From assembly GCA_963666285.1 (NCBI GenBank), contig OY762711.1: a DNA stretch of 64,000 bases; one strand, 5' to 3'. The translations under genes were made by a program, and so were the position numbers. Shown piece after piece: positions 18,423 through 28,802 of the stretch. The notes under the pieces are model-generated. The model worked only from the letters and a program-made list of their open reading frames with translations. It made no database searches and was not told the origin of the DNA. Positions within the stretch are counted from its first letter, which is position 1. Every line of letters starts with the position of its first letter. The stretch is from Sedimentisphaerales bacterium. GTDB taxonomy: Bacteria; Planctomycetota; Phycisphaerae; Sedimentisphaerales; SM23-30.

Positions 18423-20555
18423 ATGAGAAAAAAACTAATACTTACTGTTCTTTTTCTTGCAAATACTGCTATTTTAGCTCAAAGCAGGCAAGATCTTTAT
18501 GAAATTTGGCAGAATCCTCCTTTAGAATATCGTATGAACAAAAATATCCATCATCTGCCTTCTGATCAACAAGGTCAAAATGCTCTTATCGAGAATACGC
18601 TGGCTAATGGCTGGGGAGGATTTTCATTGAATGTGTCTTTCAGCCACTATCTGACAGATAATGGGATGAAGACCGTCAGGCAGTTTTGTGAATCGGCTAA
18701 AGCAAAGGGTATGGATCTGTGGTTGTATGATGAGCAGGGTTATCCATCGGGAAGTGCCGGAGGGCGAGTTCTGAAGCAGAATATTGCACTGGAAAGTATG
18801 GGTATTTTTTTTACTGATGCTGTTGTCTCTGGTGGACTAAGTGAATTCAAGGTGCCTCCTGGCCGGCCTATTCAGATATCAGCTTTTCCAATTATAAATG
18901 GTGAAGCTGATTATACCAGATCGGTAAATTTATCTGATTATTATGATGGCTCGCAAGTTCATTGGGATGCACCCGAAGGAAAATGGAAATTATTTGCGGC
19001 AACTAAGAATAGCCTGTATAAGGGGTTTCAGGCTGATAGAAATTCCTACCCTTATCCATCATTGCTGATACCAGAAGTAACCGAAATCTTTCTTGATACC
19101 ACCCATAATAAATATGCCGAATATCTTGGCAATAATCTCGGCAGATATTTTACCTCAACATTTACAGATGAGCCATCAACTATGGCGATGCAGTTTCATA
19201 GCTATAGCGAGAAACATGCTGTAATACCATGGCAAGAAGTGTTATCGTCTGAAATGGCAACAAGATATGGTTATCGACCTGAAGACAGACTGGTTGAATT
19301 GTTTTATTATGATGGTTCGGCAGGTCAGCAGGTTAGGTATCAATACTTTAAGACAGTCGGAGATTTGATATCGGAAAACTACTTTGGAAAAATTAAAATA
19401 TGGTGTGAGGAGCATAATTTCCTGTCAGGTGGGCATTTACTGTTAGAGGAAACTATGCTAGCCCATGTACCTTTGTATGGTAATATAATGCAATGTTTTC
19501 GGCAAATGAATGCACCTGGAATTGATATTTTAAGTTGTTATCCTGAAAATTTCCCGGTACATTCACCAAAGCTTGCTTCCAGTGCAGCAGAACTGGAAGG
19601 TCAGAGTCGGGTTATGAGTGAACCTTGCCCGGTGGCTGATGGAGATAGCGAGCCACCTATGGAGTCGTTAAGAGGTTTCGTCAATATGCTTTTACTGGAA
19701 GGGGTAACAGATTTTAATTGCTATCTGAAGTTAAATGGATTGACTCAAGAAGAGCAAATAGAGTTTAATAAGTATGTTGGCAGAATTGGAATGCTGTTAA
19801 GGGGAGGGTATACCTCTGCTGATATTGGTGTGGTGTATCCTATCGAGTCTCTATGGACAAAATATAAGCCGGGATACCAGAAGGTTTCCGGGTGGAAACA
19901 TGTAATTGGAGCATCAGAGGAAGCAAATTCAATTGACAAGGCATTTAAGGATGTTTCCCGGTTTATGTATGATTATCGTTGGGAGTATATGCATTTAGAC
20001 TCTCAGGCTATTATTGATAGCATCGTTGATAATGGAAATTTAACTCATGGGAATCATCAGTTTAAGGTGATTGTATTGCCAGCCGTTGATACCTTACCGA
20101 TTGAAGCATGGAAGCGTCTATTGAGATTTGCGCAACAAGGAGGAAAATTAATCTTCCTTGAAGCAGTTCCATGTAATTCAGAGATTGCTTTTCCTGACAC
20201 TTATGTTCAGGCTGAGTTTGCCAGGATGATAAAAGAGAATAAAAATGTTCTATTTATGAAGGAATGGGCTTCAGAGGGGCTGGACAATATTATTAGTAAA
20301 TGGGTAAGAGCAAAAGTACTGGTTGAAGAAAAAAAATTGCCATTAAGGCTGGCCCATAAAAAAGTCGGCAGTGATGATGTTTTCTTTTTGATTAATGATT
20401 CACACGAAACTATTAGAACTAATATTGAATTTAATATTAAAGGTCGGGTTGAACAATGGGACCCTGAAAGTGGAAAAGTGTCAGTAATTTCTGGTATGGA
20501 AGAGATATTACTAATGCCATACCATGGAAAAGTGTATATGGTTAATACAAAATAG
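18423..20555 (+). CDS. Secreted glycosyl hydrolase, GH106 (alpha-L-rhamnosidase)-like
   Basis: LWLYDEQGYPSGSAGG, FTDEP, SGGHLLLEE and PGIDIL motifs; C-terminal GATase-like domain; WDPESG. Confidence 0.7.
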   Translation: MRKKLILTVLFLANTAILAQSRQDLYEIWQNPPLEYRMNKNIHHLPSDQQGQNALIENTLANGWGGFSLNVSFSHYLTDNGMKTVRQFCESAKAKGMDLWLYDEQGYPSGSAGGRVLKQNIALESMGIFFTDAVVSGGLSEFKVPPGRPIQISAFPIINGEADYTRSVNLSDYYDGSQVHWDAPEGKWKLFAATKNSLYKGFQADRNSYPYPSLLIPEVTEIFLDTTHNKYAEYLGNNLGRYFTSTFTDEPSTMAMQFHSYSEKHAVIPWQEVLSSEMATRYGYRPEDRLVELFYYDGSAGQQVRYQYFKTVGDLISENYFGKIKIWCEEHNFLSGGHLLLEETMLAHVPLYGNIMQCFRQMNAPGIDILSCYPENFPVHSPKLASSAAELEGQSRVMSEPCPVADGDSEPPMESLRGFVNMLLLEGVTDFNCYLKLNGLTQEEQIEFNKYVGRIGMLLRGGYTSADIGVVYPIESLWTKYKPGYQKVSGWKHVIGASEEANSIDKAFKDVSRFMYDYRWEYMHLDSQAIIDSIVDNGNLTHGNHQFKVIVLPAVDTLPIEAWKRLLRFAQQGGKLIFLEAVPCNSEIAFPDTYVQAEFARMIKENKNVLFMKEWASEGLDNIISKWVRAKVLVEEKKLPLRLAHKKVGSDDVFFLINDSHETIRTNIEFNIKGRVEQWDPESGKVSVISGMEEILLMPYHGKVYMVNTK

Positions 20556-20601
20556 ATTATCCAGTGGTAATAATACAAAATACTTGATAAGGAGATTTGA
20601 T

Positions 20602-21588
20602 GTGACAAATAAAATGAAATACTTATCTGGTTTTATTGCATTATGTGTAATATTAACCTTTGCTAATATAGTTTTTGCTCAGAAGATTCCGGTAATTTAT
20701 GATTCTGATATTGGAGATGATATAGATGATACCTGGGCGATAAGTTTTGTGTTAAGATGTCCGGAACTAGATCTGAAACTTGTTGTTGGTGACCAGGGAA
20801 AGAATATCTATAGAGCTAAACTATTTGCCAAAATACTTGAAAATGCGGGCAGGTCAGATGTGCCTATTGGTATTGGTAAAGACCTTGATAACGGCCAGAG
20901 CGGAAATCAATCTGAATGGCTTGGCGATTATGACCTGAAGTCTTACTCGGGTAAAGTTTATGATGATGGAGTGCAGGCTATTATTGATACTATTATGAAA
21001 AGTGAAAAGCAAGTGACTCTCATCTGTGTTGGGCCGGTTCCAAATATAGCAGAAGCATTGAAAAGAAAGCCTGAAATTGCTCAAAAAGCCAGGTTTGTAG
21101 GCATGTATGGCAGTGTATATGTTGGTTATGACCGTACCGATAAGCTGAGTGCAGAATATAATGTTTATGCTGACATAAAATCATGCCAGTCTGTATTGTC
21201 GGCAGATTGGGATATAACCATAACTCCGGTCGATACATGCGGGATTGTCAAGCTGGTGGGAGAAAAGTACAAAAAAATGGCGAATTCTAACGATCCTGTT
21301 GCAAAAGCAGTTATGGAGAACTATAAAATCTGGATAGAACATGCAGGCTGGATGAAACATGATCGCGATGCCATTAAACATAGTACCAGTCCGCTATTTG
21401 ATACCGTTGCGGTATATCTGAGCTTTGCCGAAGATTTGCTGATCATGGAAAATTTGAATATAAAAGTAGATGATGGTGGTTATACCAGGATTGATAAATC
21501 GGCAAAGAATATGAATGTTGCAGTTAAATGGAAAGATATGAGCAAGTTTGAAGATCTGCTGCTTTCGAGGTTAACGTCTGAAAAATAA
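20602..21588 (+). CDS. Inosine/uridine-preferring nucleoside hydrolase family protein with signal peptide
   Basis: YDSDIGDDIDD Ca-binding motif, VGPVPNIAEAL, AEYNV, PLFDTVAV. GTG 20602 follows AAGGAG (alternative ATG 20614). Confidence 0.88.
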   Translation: MTNKMKYLSGFIALCVILTFANIVFAQKIPVIYDSDIGDDIDDTWAISFVLRCPELDLKLVVGDQGKNIYRAKLFAKILENAGRSDVPIGIGKDLDNGQSGNQSEWLGDYDLKSYSGKVYDDGVQAIIDTIMKSEKQVTLICVGPVPNIAEALKRKPEIAQKARFVGMYGSVYVGYDRTDKLSAEYNVYADIKSCQSVLSADWDITITPVDTCGIVKLVGEKYKKMANSNDPVAKAVMENYKIWIEHAGWMKHDRDAIKHSTSPLFDTVAVYLSFAEDLLIMENLNIKVDDGGYTRIDKSAKNMNVAVKWKDMSKFEDLLLSRLTSEK

Positions 21589-22219
21589 GGGTTTAAGTAT
21601 GTTGGCTTGAAGATATAATGTTCCGGTTTCTGTGGAAGCTGGCAATGTGTCAGTTTTTTTGTTAATTGTCAATAATCAGCGATTTAAGGCCATCTGTTTT
21701 GCAGAATGAATGATTTGGATGCGAATATATTGTAATTCCTTAGGAATAGAGTTAGGCTGAAAGCGGATGATTTTTTTATTTATTCCGCATAGGAACGGTA
21801 ATTTGAGCAAAATAATATAAAATATATCTTAATTTTATTAGATTTTTTTAAGGAAACAAAATGTTTTAGCTCTAATATCAGATCATTTTTGTTATAAAAT
21901 CTGAAAAAGCAAGGTTTTACACGTAATAAATATTAAAGTAGCTGCCAGTTGAGTGAATAGATTGAAAAACAGCAAAAAGCTTTTGTTTTTTGCCTGAAAT
22001 GTATTATAATAAATGCATCTTATTATTTTTGTTTAAAGGCTAGGCTATTTTTTGGACTTAGTTCGTCCTGCAACTCAGCAGAATAGGTAATTTTAATTAA
22101 AAGTGAATAACAATTACTAAAAATTGTACTATATTTTGTAATTTCTGAGCATGGAGTTACATATTTGTCGTTAATCTAAAAATCAAAGACTATTATGTCT
22201 CTGTGGGGCAGTTTTTTGT

Positions 22220-22248
22220 TTGCAATTAGTTAAGTAAAAAGGTATAAT
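22220..22248 (+). promoter_or_regulatory. Sigma70-type promoter for the 22.3-42.4 kb cluster
   Basis: TTGCAA-N17-TATAAT about 90 bp upstream of ATG 22340. Confidence 0.55.
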
Positions 22249-22339
22249 GCCTTTCACTTAAAAAGTGAAGAGTATTTTTAAGGTAATATGTAAAAGGAAT
22301 ATTTTGTCAATTTAGTCACAAATTGAATGGAGAAAAACG

Positions 22340-23374
22340 ATGAAGAAAGCTTTAATTATTACGCTGTTAGGCTTGGCAGCCGGTATGGCTCAAGCTGGTA
22401 GTTATTATGAGGTACATGATTGGGATACAATTCTGAATGGGAATGAGGCAACATCTCATTTTTCTGCAGTTTCTGATGGTGAAAATACTTATCACATATT
22501 GTCCTTGGGCAACCAGCCGGCAATTACAAAGGTAGATGCTGATGGTAATGCAACAACACTAGTCAGTTCTTTAGACTGGGCATTTGCAGCCGGAACTACT
22601 GCAATTACTGCCATGCAGAGCGTATCTTTATATAGAGATAAGTTAATCTTTGCAGAAACTGGAACAGATGCTGTCTGGTCTGTTGATACTAATACCGGCG
22701 CATTGTCTGTAGTAGCATCTAAAGCGAATATTGATTCATATATTGGTGGGACCGGACCTTCACTGCTAAGTGCCGCATCTTGTTATAAAGGCAATATGTA
22801 TTTCTATGAGGGCGATACTGATAGTATCTTGGTTACAAATTCAGTTGGTTACGTAGAAACATATATCACAGATACTCAGCTGGCTTCAGTTGCTGGTACA
22901 GATACCGTTTCAGGTGGTATCTCATTTGATAATTCAGGCAACCTTATATGGGGTGTATCTGAAAGTTCAAAAGGTGAATATCCTGGAGGAATATACTCAT
23001 GGAATTGCAGTGATGGTGGTTCTGTTCTTTTAACTGATGCAGAGATTGCCGCGGTTACCGGAGCTACAGGAGCAATGCAGATGGGTGATATTCTTTATGC
23101 ACCAGATGGTTTGGTTTACTTCTTTGAGAGCCGTTCAGATAGTATTTTGAGCTTTGATCTAAGCGATCCTGCGGGTACTTTGACTACAGTATTATCAGAG
23201 GCTGATTTGCTTGCTGGACCTGCTGAATATGATAATGTTTATAAGTTGAGCTGGTATGATGGTAACCTTGCTTTTAACGAGAATGGTGCCAGAGGGTATT
23301 ATGCAGTTCCAGAGCCTATGACAATGTCTTTAATAGGACTTGGTGGTTTGGCTTTGATAAGAAAAAGACGTTAA
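22340..23374 (+). CDS. PEP-CTERM sorting domain protein, probable beta-propeller
   Basis: Signal peptide, ~50-aa internal repeats, C-terminus VPEPMTMSLIGLGGLALIRKRR. Confidence 0.9.
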   Translation: MKKALIITLLGLAAGMAQAGSYYEVHDWDTILNGNEATSHFSAVSDGENTYHILSLGNQPAITKVDADGNATTLVSSLDWAFAAGTTAITAMQSVSLYRDKLIFAETGTDAVWSVDTNTGALSVVASKANIDSYIGGTGPSLLSAASCYKGNMYFYEGDTDSILVTNSVGYVETYITDTQLASVAGTDTVSGGISFDNSGNLIWGVSESSKGEYPGGIYSWNCSDGGSVLLTDAEIAAVTGATGAMQMGDILYAPDGLVYFFESRSDSILSFDLSDPAGTLTTVLSEADLLAGPAEYDNVYKLSWYDGNLAFNENGARGYYAVPEPMTMSLIGLGGLALIRKRR

Positions 23375-23422
23375 AAAAGTTTTATCACAATTGAATATCA
23401 TTTTTTGAAAAAGAATTAAAAG

Positions 23423-23453
23423 AGGTCCGGCAGTTGGTGCTGCCGGGCCTTTA
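23423..23453 (+). terminator. Intra-operon stem-loop (weak terminator or mRNA stabiliser)
   Basis: AGGTCCGGCAG-TTGGTG-CTGCCGGGCCT followed by only a short T-run. Confidence 0.65.
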
Positions 23454-23479
23454 TGTACGTTTTCTACAGGTGAAAATTG

Positions 23480-26400
23480 ATGAAAAAGAGATTAGTTATT
23501 ATAAATATATTGGTTGTAGCAGTTTCATTCCTACAGGCTGAACTACGATATCGTGTAACAGACTTAACAGAATCTGGAGAGGATTCTATTATTATTCCTT
23601 CTATTGGTTGCAGTATTAATGACAATGGTGATATCACAGGTATAGGAATACCTGTGGTTAATTCTAAGCCATTTAAGTATGATGCTGCCAGTGGAGAGTT
23701 CATTAACCTTGGTAATTTGAACGGCAATTTTACCGACGGCAAAGGCGGCAACAGCTATGGCATGAATAATCTGGGCCAGATTGTTGGAAGAAACAGTAAT
23801 GCGGATAAAAAATATGAATATCTGCCATTTGTTTTTATTGATTCTAATAACAACTATGTAGTTGATCCCGGTGAAATGGATAGTGTAGCTATAGCTGATA
23901 TTTATGATAACGGCGGTTGGGCTTATGACAACAACGATACCGGTAGGATAGTAGGTAAAGTAACGATTGATGCAAAAACAGTAAATGATGAAGATAGAGA
24001 TTATGGTTTTGTCAGTGTAGATAAAAATGGTGATGGGATATATTCATTAGGTGAAATCCAATATTTTGATGAAGATTACATTCCGATAAAAATCAATAAT
24101 TCAGGTGTGATATGTTTAAATCATTCTACTGATACTTATATATGGAAAGATACCGATAACGATGGTGTTTATGACCCTAATGATGGCTTGCAATTAATTC
24201 CTGTACCGTCAAAATATAATTATGGAGCTTTACAGGTTGGCATAGATTTTATGTCATTAAAATGTATTGATGAAAATGGTAGTGTATGCGGTGCGGTAGA
24301 GAACCAGTTTGGTGTTGGTAATGGTTTTTATTGGTCAGACGTTGACAGCGATGGCATTATTGAGGAATCTGAATATTTATATTTTGGTACACCGCTGAAA
24401 GAAATACATGTTCGAGCTATGAATGATAACGGTCAGGTTGTGGGAGGAACATATGACTTTTCTAAGCTTCGAAGGGCATTTATCTGGTCAGCTGCTGATG
24501 GAGAGTTGGATCTGAATACAATATCTGACATAACTGCAGGTGATTTAGGATTGCCTCGTTTGAGTCAGGCTGAGGGGATCAATAATAGTGGGCAAATTGT
24601 TGTTACTGCTCGATATGATATTAATGGGGACGGGAAAGATAATTTTGGCGAACCAGAGCATGTTTTAGTTTTGTCACCTTACACTGATGGTGGAGCGACC
24701 AGGTATAGCGTGATTGACCTGACCGAAGTTGCAGCTGCCCATGGAGCTGAGATATTACCAGATACTGCTTATTGCCTTAATGAAAATGGCGATGTTGCCG
24801 GCCATGGTTATCCGAATATTCAAATAACACCAAAGATATTTAAATACGATGCAAACAGAAGTGAGTTGGTTAATTTAGGTAATCTTGCCGTTAATTTTAC
24901 TGATGGCTATGGTGGCGAAAGTGCAGATATAAACAGTCAGGGTATTATTGTTGGTTATAGCAGTATTTCCAATGAGAGTCCTGAATACAGACCGTTTTTA
25001 TTCAAAGATAAAAACTTTAATGGATATGCCGATAGCGGCGAGATGATTAATCTTGTCTTAAGCAGCGATTTCAATTACGGTCAGGCGATGGCTGTAAATG
25101 ATTCAGGAGTTGCGGTTGGATTTAGTGAAGGCACTGATGAGACAGATAGAGGATGGGTAATACTTGACAGTGATGGTGATGGAGATTACGAAGAGTCTGA
25201 GTTACAGGTAATCGGGGAGGAATATTATCCGGTTTCCATAAATAATTATGGAGATATCCTGTTATATAAAGACGCAAATGTATATATCCTTTCGGATGTA
25301 AACGAAGATGGATTTTACAATGCAGCAGATATTGTTAGTTTAAGCCTGCCGACAAGCTATTACGATGAGCAGGTTGCTGAAAATGTTGACATTGCTGAGA
25401 TGATGCCAAAGTTAATTTCAGATTCTAATAAGATATGCGGCGAGGCTAAGAATGTCGATGGAAAATCTGTTGGTTATTTTGCGTCAGATCTTAATGGTGA
25501 TGACATTATCAGTGCAAATGAATATGTTTTTTATGATACATCGTTCAGTGGTGTTTATCCTGTTGATATGAATGGAGATTCTTTGGTTGTTGGCGGAGCC
25601 CTGGATCCTAACTCTGTTGCAGTTGCCTTTGCATGGTCACCAGATGACGGAATGATGGATCTTAATATAATGGCAGATTCTTATTCTGGCAGTTACCCTC
25701 GAATATTTACACGTGCCGAAAGCGTGAATAACTGGGGTGTAATATTGGTTTCTGGCTATTATGATGAGAATGAGAATGGTGTAAGAGATACAGTTGCAGA
25801 TGAAGATAATGATATTGAAGATGAAATTGTGTTTATACTCGAACCTTATTATGCCAATTTCTCTGGTACACCTGAATATATGTATAAGCTGATGACACCG
25901 GCACATGCATCCGGCACTGGCTTATCAACAGTAATTGGAAGTTCTGTGACAGGTGCATATGCGATAAAGACCAATGGAATGGAGTATAACCCTGAAGTTG
26001 GATTTGATCCTGCTAATGGCTTTGATCCGAATGATGGGGTGTATGAATTCTGGTCAATTAACTTTGGTGCGAATCAGTCTGTCAGAAAATTCACAATGGG
26101 AGTTGATGGTTCCAAATGGCTGGATCATTTTGATGGTTATGATTATACGACATATTATGGCCAATATGGGTCATATGTTGATCCGGAGGTTACTGCAGCT
26201 TCCATTGACAATCTGTATGGCACATCTATTGTATATGCATATGAATCAGTGCTTGGAAGAGTAGCTACTGGAGCCCCGGATTTCTCTACTGGTGATTGCA
26301 GTGTTTACAGGGGAGGTTCTTTGAGAGCAGGTTCTTTTGTTCTGAATCCTGTTGCTTTAACATTTAAAGGAGTTACCTATCAGCCAGGTGAGTTGGCATT

Positions 26401-27985
26401 GGTTACTAGTATTGATGGTTGTGAAGATCCTAAGTATCGCAAGGTAGTATTATTCTATGATCTCAGACAGGTAGGCGAAAAAACCAACCGTCAGCCTGAC
26501 TATGATACAGGTGAAGATGGAATAGGCAATAATACTCCTCAGTTTGGAGCATTTGGCCAGACAGACTGGAATGATGCATTTTATCCGCTGGTTACTGGTC
26601 AGAAAATACTAGATTCAGTCCCAGGTCTGTCAAGTGCCAAGACGTTTAACTTTGGCCGTCAGGCGGTTTGGGCACCAGACGGCAGTGCAATCTATTTTGC
26701 CGGCTTTATAGTAAATCCATCGTATAATGAGAATGATCCAAGTTCTGTTAATTATTATAATGGTATCTGGAAATATGATCTTATAAACGATAAGCTTGTG
26801 CAGATTAGAAGAAATAATACACGTGAAGAGCGTATGTATTATTGTGAAATGGCGGCGATGGATACAGGCTTGCGTGATTTTACCGATGGTCAGGAAAGTG
26901 GTATCCAGGTTATGTTTTGTTCTGAGTTTGATACCGGCAATGAGGGTGGAATTAGCTGTATTGTAGATGATGGTAGTGTCGATCCAAATGAATTAGCGAA
27001 TCAATCTGTGTATACTGTTCTTTCGGCAGATAAATTGTCTGAGATGAACGGACAAGCTCCGGAAGTTAATTATGTAAAGAATATTATTGCGACAGCAGAT
27101 GGAGAGATATATTTCTACTGTACTGGCAATTCTGCTTACCTCGGATCGGATTATGTGAATTCAGGAGGGTCATTGTATCGTGGTTCTTTTGCAATATATA
27201 GATATGACACCCGAGACAGGCTTTATGCGATAAGTAATCGGGCAACACATATGACTTTCAATGTCGGAAATGGTTCCAGCATAAGCGGCAGTACAGGTGC
27301 TATGGGTGCGATGCAGTACTATGATGATCTATTTGCCAAGAAGATGCTGGCCTTCCGGAATACTTCGCTGGCTGTTCCTTGTGGTATTGAGATATTTAGT
27401 CCATTGGACTTTAACCATGACGGCAGGGTGAATGTAAGTGATTTAAGAATTTTCAGGGATGAAAGAATTCAGAGTGAAAAATATCGTCATCCTATGGAAG
27501 GCGGAGCTGGTGAAGAGCAGATGCCGGGCATATTTGAAATATCTCTCGACCATATAAATTGTGATATTGATGGCAATGCAATGTATCAGAGTTATGTTAA
27601 AGATCAACGTACCGGTGAGATATTGAGTGATGAAGTATTAGAGCAGATGCTGAATGGAACTTACCCGGAAGACCCTAACTTTATTGTGGTTACTGACAAG
27701 AGAATTTTCAATGATAAAATAGTAACAGAATCAGATGCTCGCGTCTTGTACCAGTTTATCTCAGCTGGCGATGCTAACCTGGACGGCACTGTTGACATGG
27801 AGGATTTTGCCAGGTTAGCAGCGAACCATGAAAGTGGAAATTCGCTTGACAATAAGAAAGATTTCTCACAGGGTGATTTTGACTTTGATGGAGATGTTGA
27901 CCTGAATGACCTTCAACTGATGATTGTAAACTGGCTTGATAAATTGTCGTTAGTGGAGGGGCAAGAGCCGATTTACAGACAGTAA
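23480..27985 (+). CDS. Large secreted protein with a duplicated HAF-repeat-like region, a propeller-like domain and dockerin-like C-terminal repeats
   Basis: RYRVTDL/RYSVIDL duplicated ~390-aa modules with INDxGxIVG repeats and RRAFIW. C-terminal GDANLDGTVDMEDF and GDFDFDGDVDLNDL. Confidence 0.85.
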   Translation: MKKRLVIINILVVAVSFLQAELRYRVTDLTESGEDSIIIPSIGCSINDNGDITGIGIPVVNSKPFKYDAASGEFINLGNLNGNFTDGKGGNSYGMNNLGQIVGRNSNADKKYEYLPFVFIDSNNNYVVDPGEMDSVAIADIYDNGGWAYDNNDTGRIVGKVTIDAKTVNDEDRDYGFVSVDKNGDGIYSLGEIQYFDEDYIPIKINNSGVICLNHSTDTYIWKDTDNDGVYDPNDGLQLIPVPSKYNYGALQVGIDFMSLKCIDENGSVCGAVENQFGVGNGFYWSDVDSDGIIEESEYLYFGTPLKEIHVRAMNDNGQVVGGTYDFSKLRRAFIWSAADGELDLNTISDITAGDLGLPRLSQAEGINNSGQIVVTARYDINGDGKDNFGEPEHVLVLSPYTDGGATRYSVIDLTEVAAAHGAEILPDTAYCLNENGDVAGHGYPNIQITPKIFKYDANRSELVNLGNLAVNFTDGYGGESADINSQGIIVGYSSISNESPEYRPFLFKDKNFNGYADSGEMINLVLSSDFNYGQAMAVNDSGVAVGFSEGTDETDRGWVILDSDGDGDYEESELQVIGEEYYPVSINNYGDILLYKDANVYILSDVNEDGFYNAADIVSLSLPTSYYDEQVAENVDIAEMMPKLISDSNKICGEAKNVDGKSVGYFASDLNGDDIISANEYVFYDTSFSGVYPVDMNGDSLVVGGALDPNSVAVAFAWSPDDGMMDLNIMADSYSGSYPRIFTRAESVNNWGVILVSGYYDENENGVRDTVADEDNDIEDEIVFILEPYYANFSGTPEYMYKLMTPAHASGTGLSTVIGSSVTGAYAIKTNGMEYNPEVGFDPANGFDPNDGVYEFWSINFGANQSVRKFTMGVDGSKWLDHFDGYDYTTYYGQYGSYVDPEVTAASIDNLYGTSIVYAYESVLGRVATGAPDFSTGDCSVYRGGSLRAGSFVLNPVALTFKGVTYQPGELALVTSIDGCEDPKYRKVVLFYDLRQVGEKTNRQPDYDTGEDGIGNNTPQFGAFGQTDWNDAFYPLVTGQKILDSVPGLSSAKTFNFGRQAVWAPDGSAIYFAGFIVNPSYNENDPSSVNYYNGIWKYDLINDKLVQIRRNNTREERMYYCEMAAMDTGLRDFTDGQESGIQVMFCSEFDTGNEGGISCIVDDGSVDPNELANQSVYTVLSADKLSEMNGQAPEVNYVKNIIATADGEIYFYCTGNSAYLGSDYVNSGGSLYRGSFAIYRYDTRDRLYAISNRATHMTFNVGNGSSISGSTGAMGAMQYYDDLFAKKMLAFRNTSLAVPCGIEIFSPLDFNHDGRVNVSDLRIFRDERIQSEKYRHPMEGGAGEEQMPGIFEISLDHINCDIDGNAMYQSYVKDQRTGEILSDEVLEQMLNGTYPEDPNFIVVTDKRIFNDKIVTESDARVLYQFISAGDANLDGTVDMEDFARLAANHESGNSLDNKKDFSQGDFDFDGDVDLNDLQLMIVNWLDKLSLVEGQEPIYRQ

Positions 27986-28043
27986 TTATTAAAAGTAAAT
28001 ATTTTGTAATAGCAATTAATGTGTATTCACGAGAGTCTCAATT

Positions 28044-28802
28044 ATGAAAAGTATAGATAGAAGAAAAAACAGTATTGGTTTTACGCTGATTGAACTTCTG
28101 GTTGTTATCAGTATCATAGCATTATTGGTGAGCATTCTTATGCCGTCTTTGAATCGTGCCAGAATACAAGCAAAAGCTTTAGTCTGTAAAACAAATCTTA
28201 AAAGTCTTTATATTGCAGAGATGTTTTATGTAGATGATAACAATGGGTGGGTTCCTTCTGCTGAAAAAACCCCAAAGTTAGGAGGTTTTTGGCCGTATAG
28301 AGCTGCTAAAGGATATAAGAAAGATAATGATCCGCAAGGATTGGCTGAAACAATGGGGCTGAATGCTTTATTTGATGATCTAAATTATATTCCTTATAAT
28401 AGTGATGTCTGGAAATGTCCTGATTCTGCTTCTAATTGGATGGCAGAAGAGTATGGGATTACATATCAATATAATTGGGTAGATAAATTAGCCGAACATA
28501 AGTTTGTTTCTCTAATGAAAAACCGTAGATTTCGTCGTTTTTATCTAATTGCTGATAATTTTACTAAATATCCTCCTTCACCAATTGGATTTTATGTAGA
28601 TAAAACATCCAAACCTATGTCTAGTATTCCAAATAATGAATGGAAGATTCCCCATAGAATATCAAAGGAAAAGACAAATGAGTATGGTGAAACTGAACAA
28701 GACGCTTCTTCATGGATGCTTGTAGCTATAGATGGTTTTGTGGGAAATAATGGTGAAAATGTTAAGCAAATGAGGCACTATACAGACGAGTCTAACGAAT
28801 GA
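28044..28802 (+). CDS. Prepilin-type N-terminal cleavage/methylation domain protein (planctomycete pseudopilin-like)
   Basis: [29 protein letters not shown]...CKTNLK, and a WKCP motif. Confidence 0.92.
   Translation: MKSIDRRKNSIGFTLIELLVVISIIALLVSILMPSLNRARIQAKALVCKTNLKSLYIAEMFYVDDNNGWVPSAEKTPKLGGFWPYRAAKGYKKDNDPQGLAETMGLNALFDDLNYIPYNSDVWKCPDSASNWMAEEYGITYQYNWVDKLAEHKFVSLMKNRRFRRFYLIADNFTKYPPSPIGFYVDKTSKPMSSIPNNEWKIPHRISKEKTNEYGETEQDASSWMLVAIDGFVGNNGENVKQMRHYTDESNE

Noticed and set aside
21600..22330. Riboswitch upstream of the PEP-CTERM/MoxR cluster
   Set aside because: AT-rich, no recognisable aptamer consensus, and no similarity to the 4011-4656 motif.
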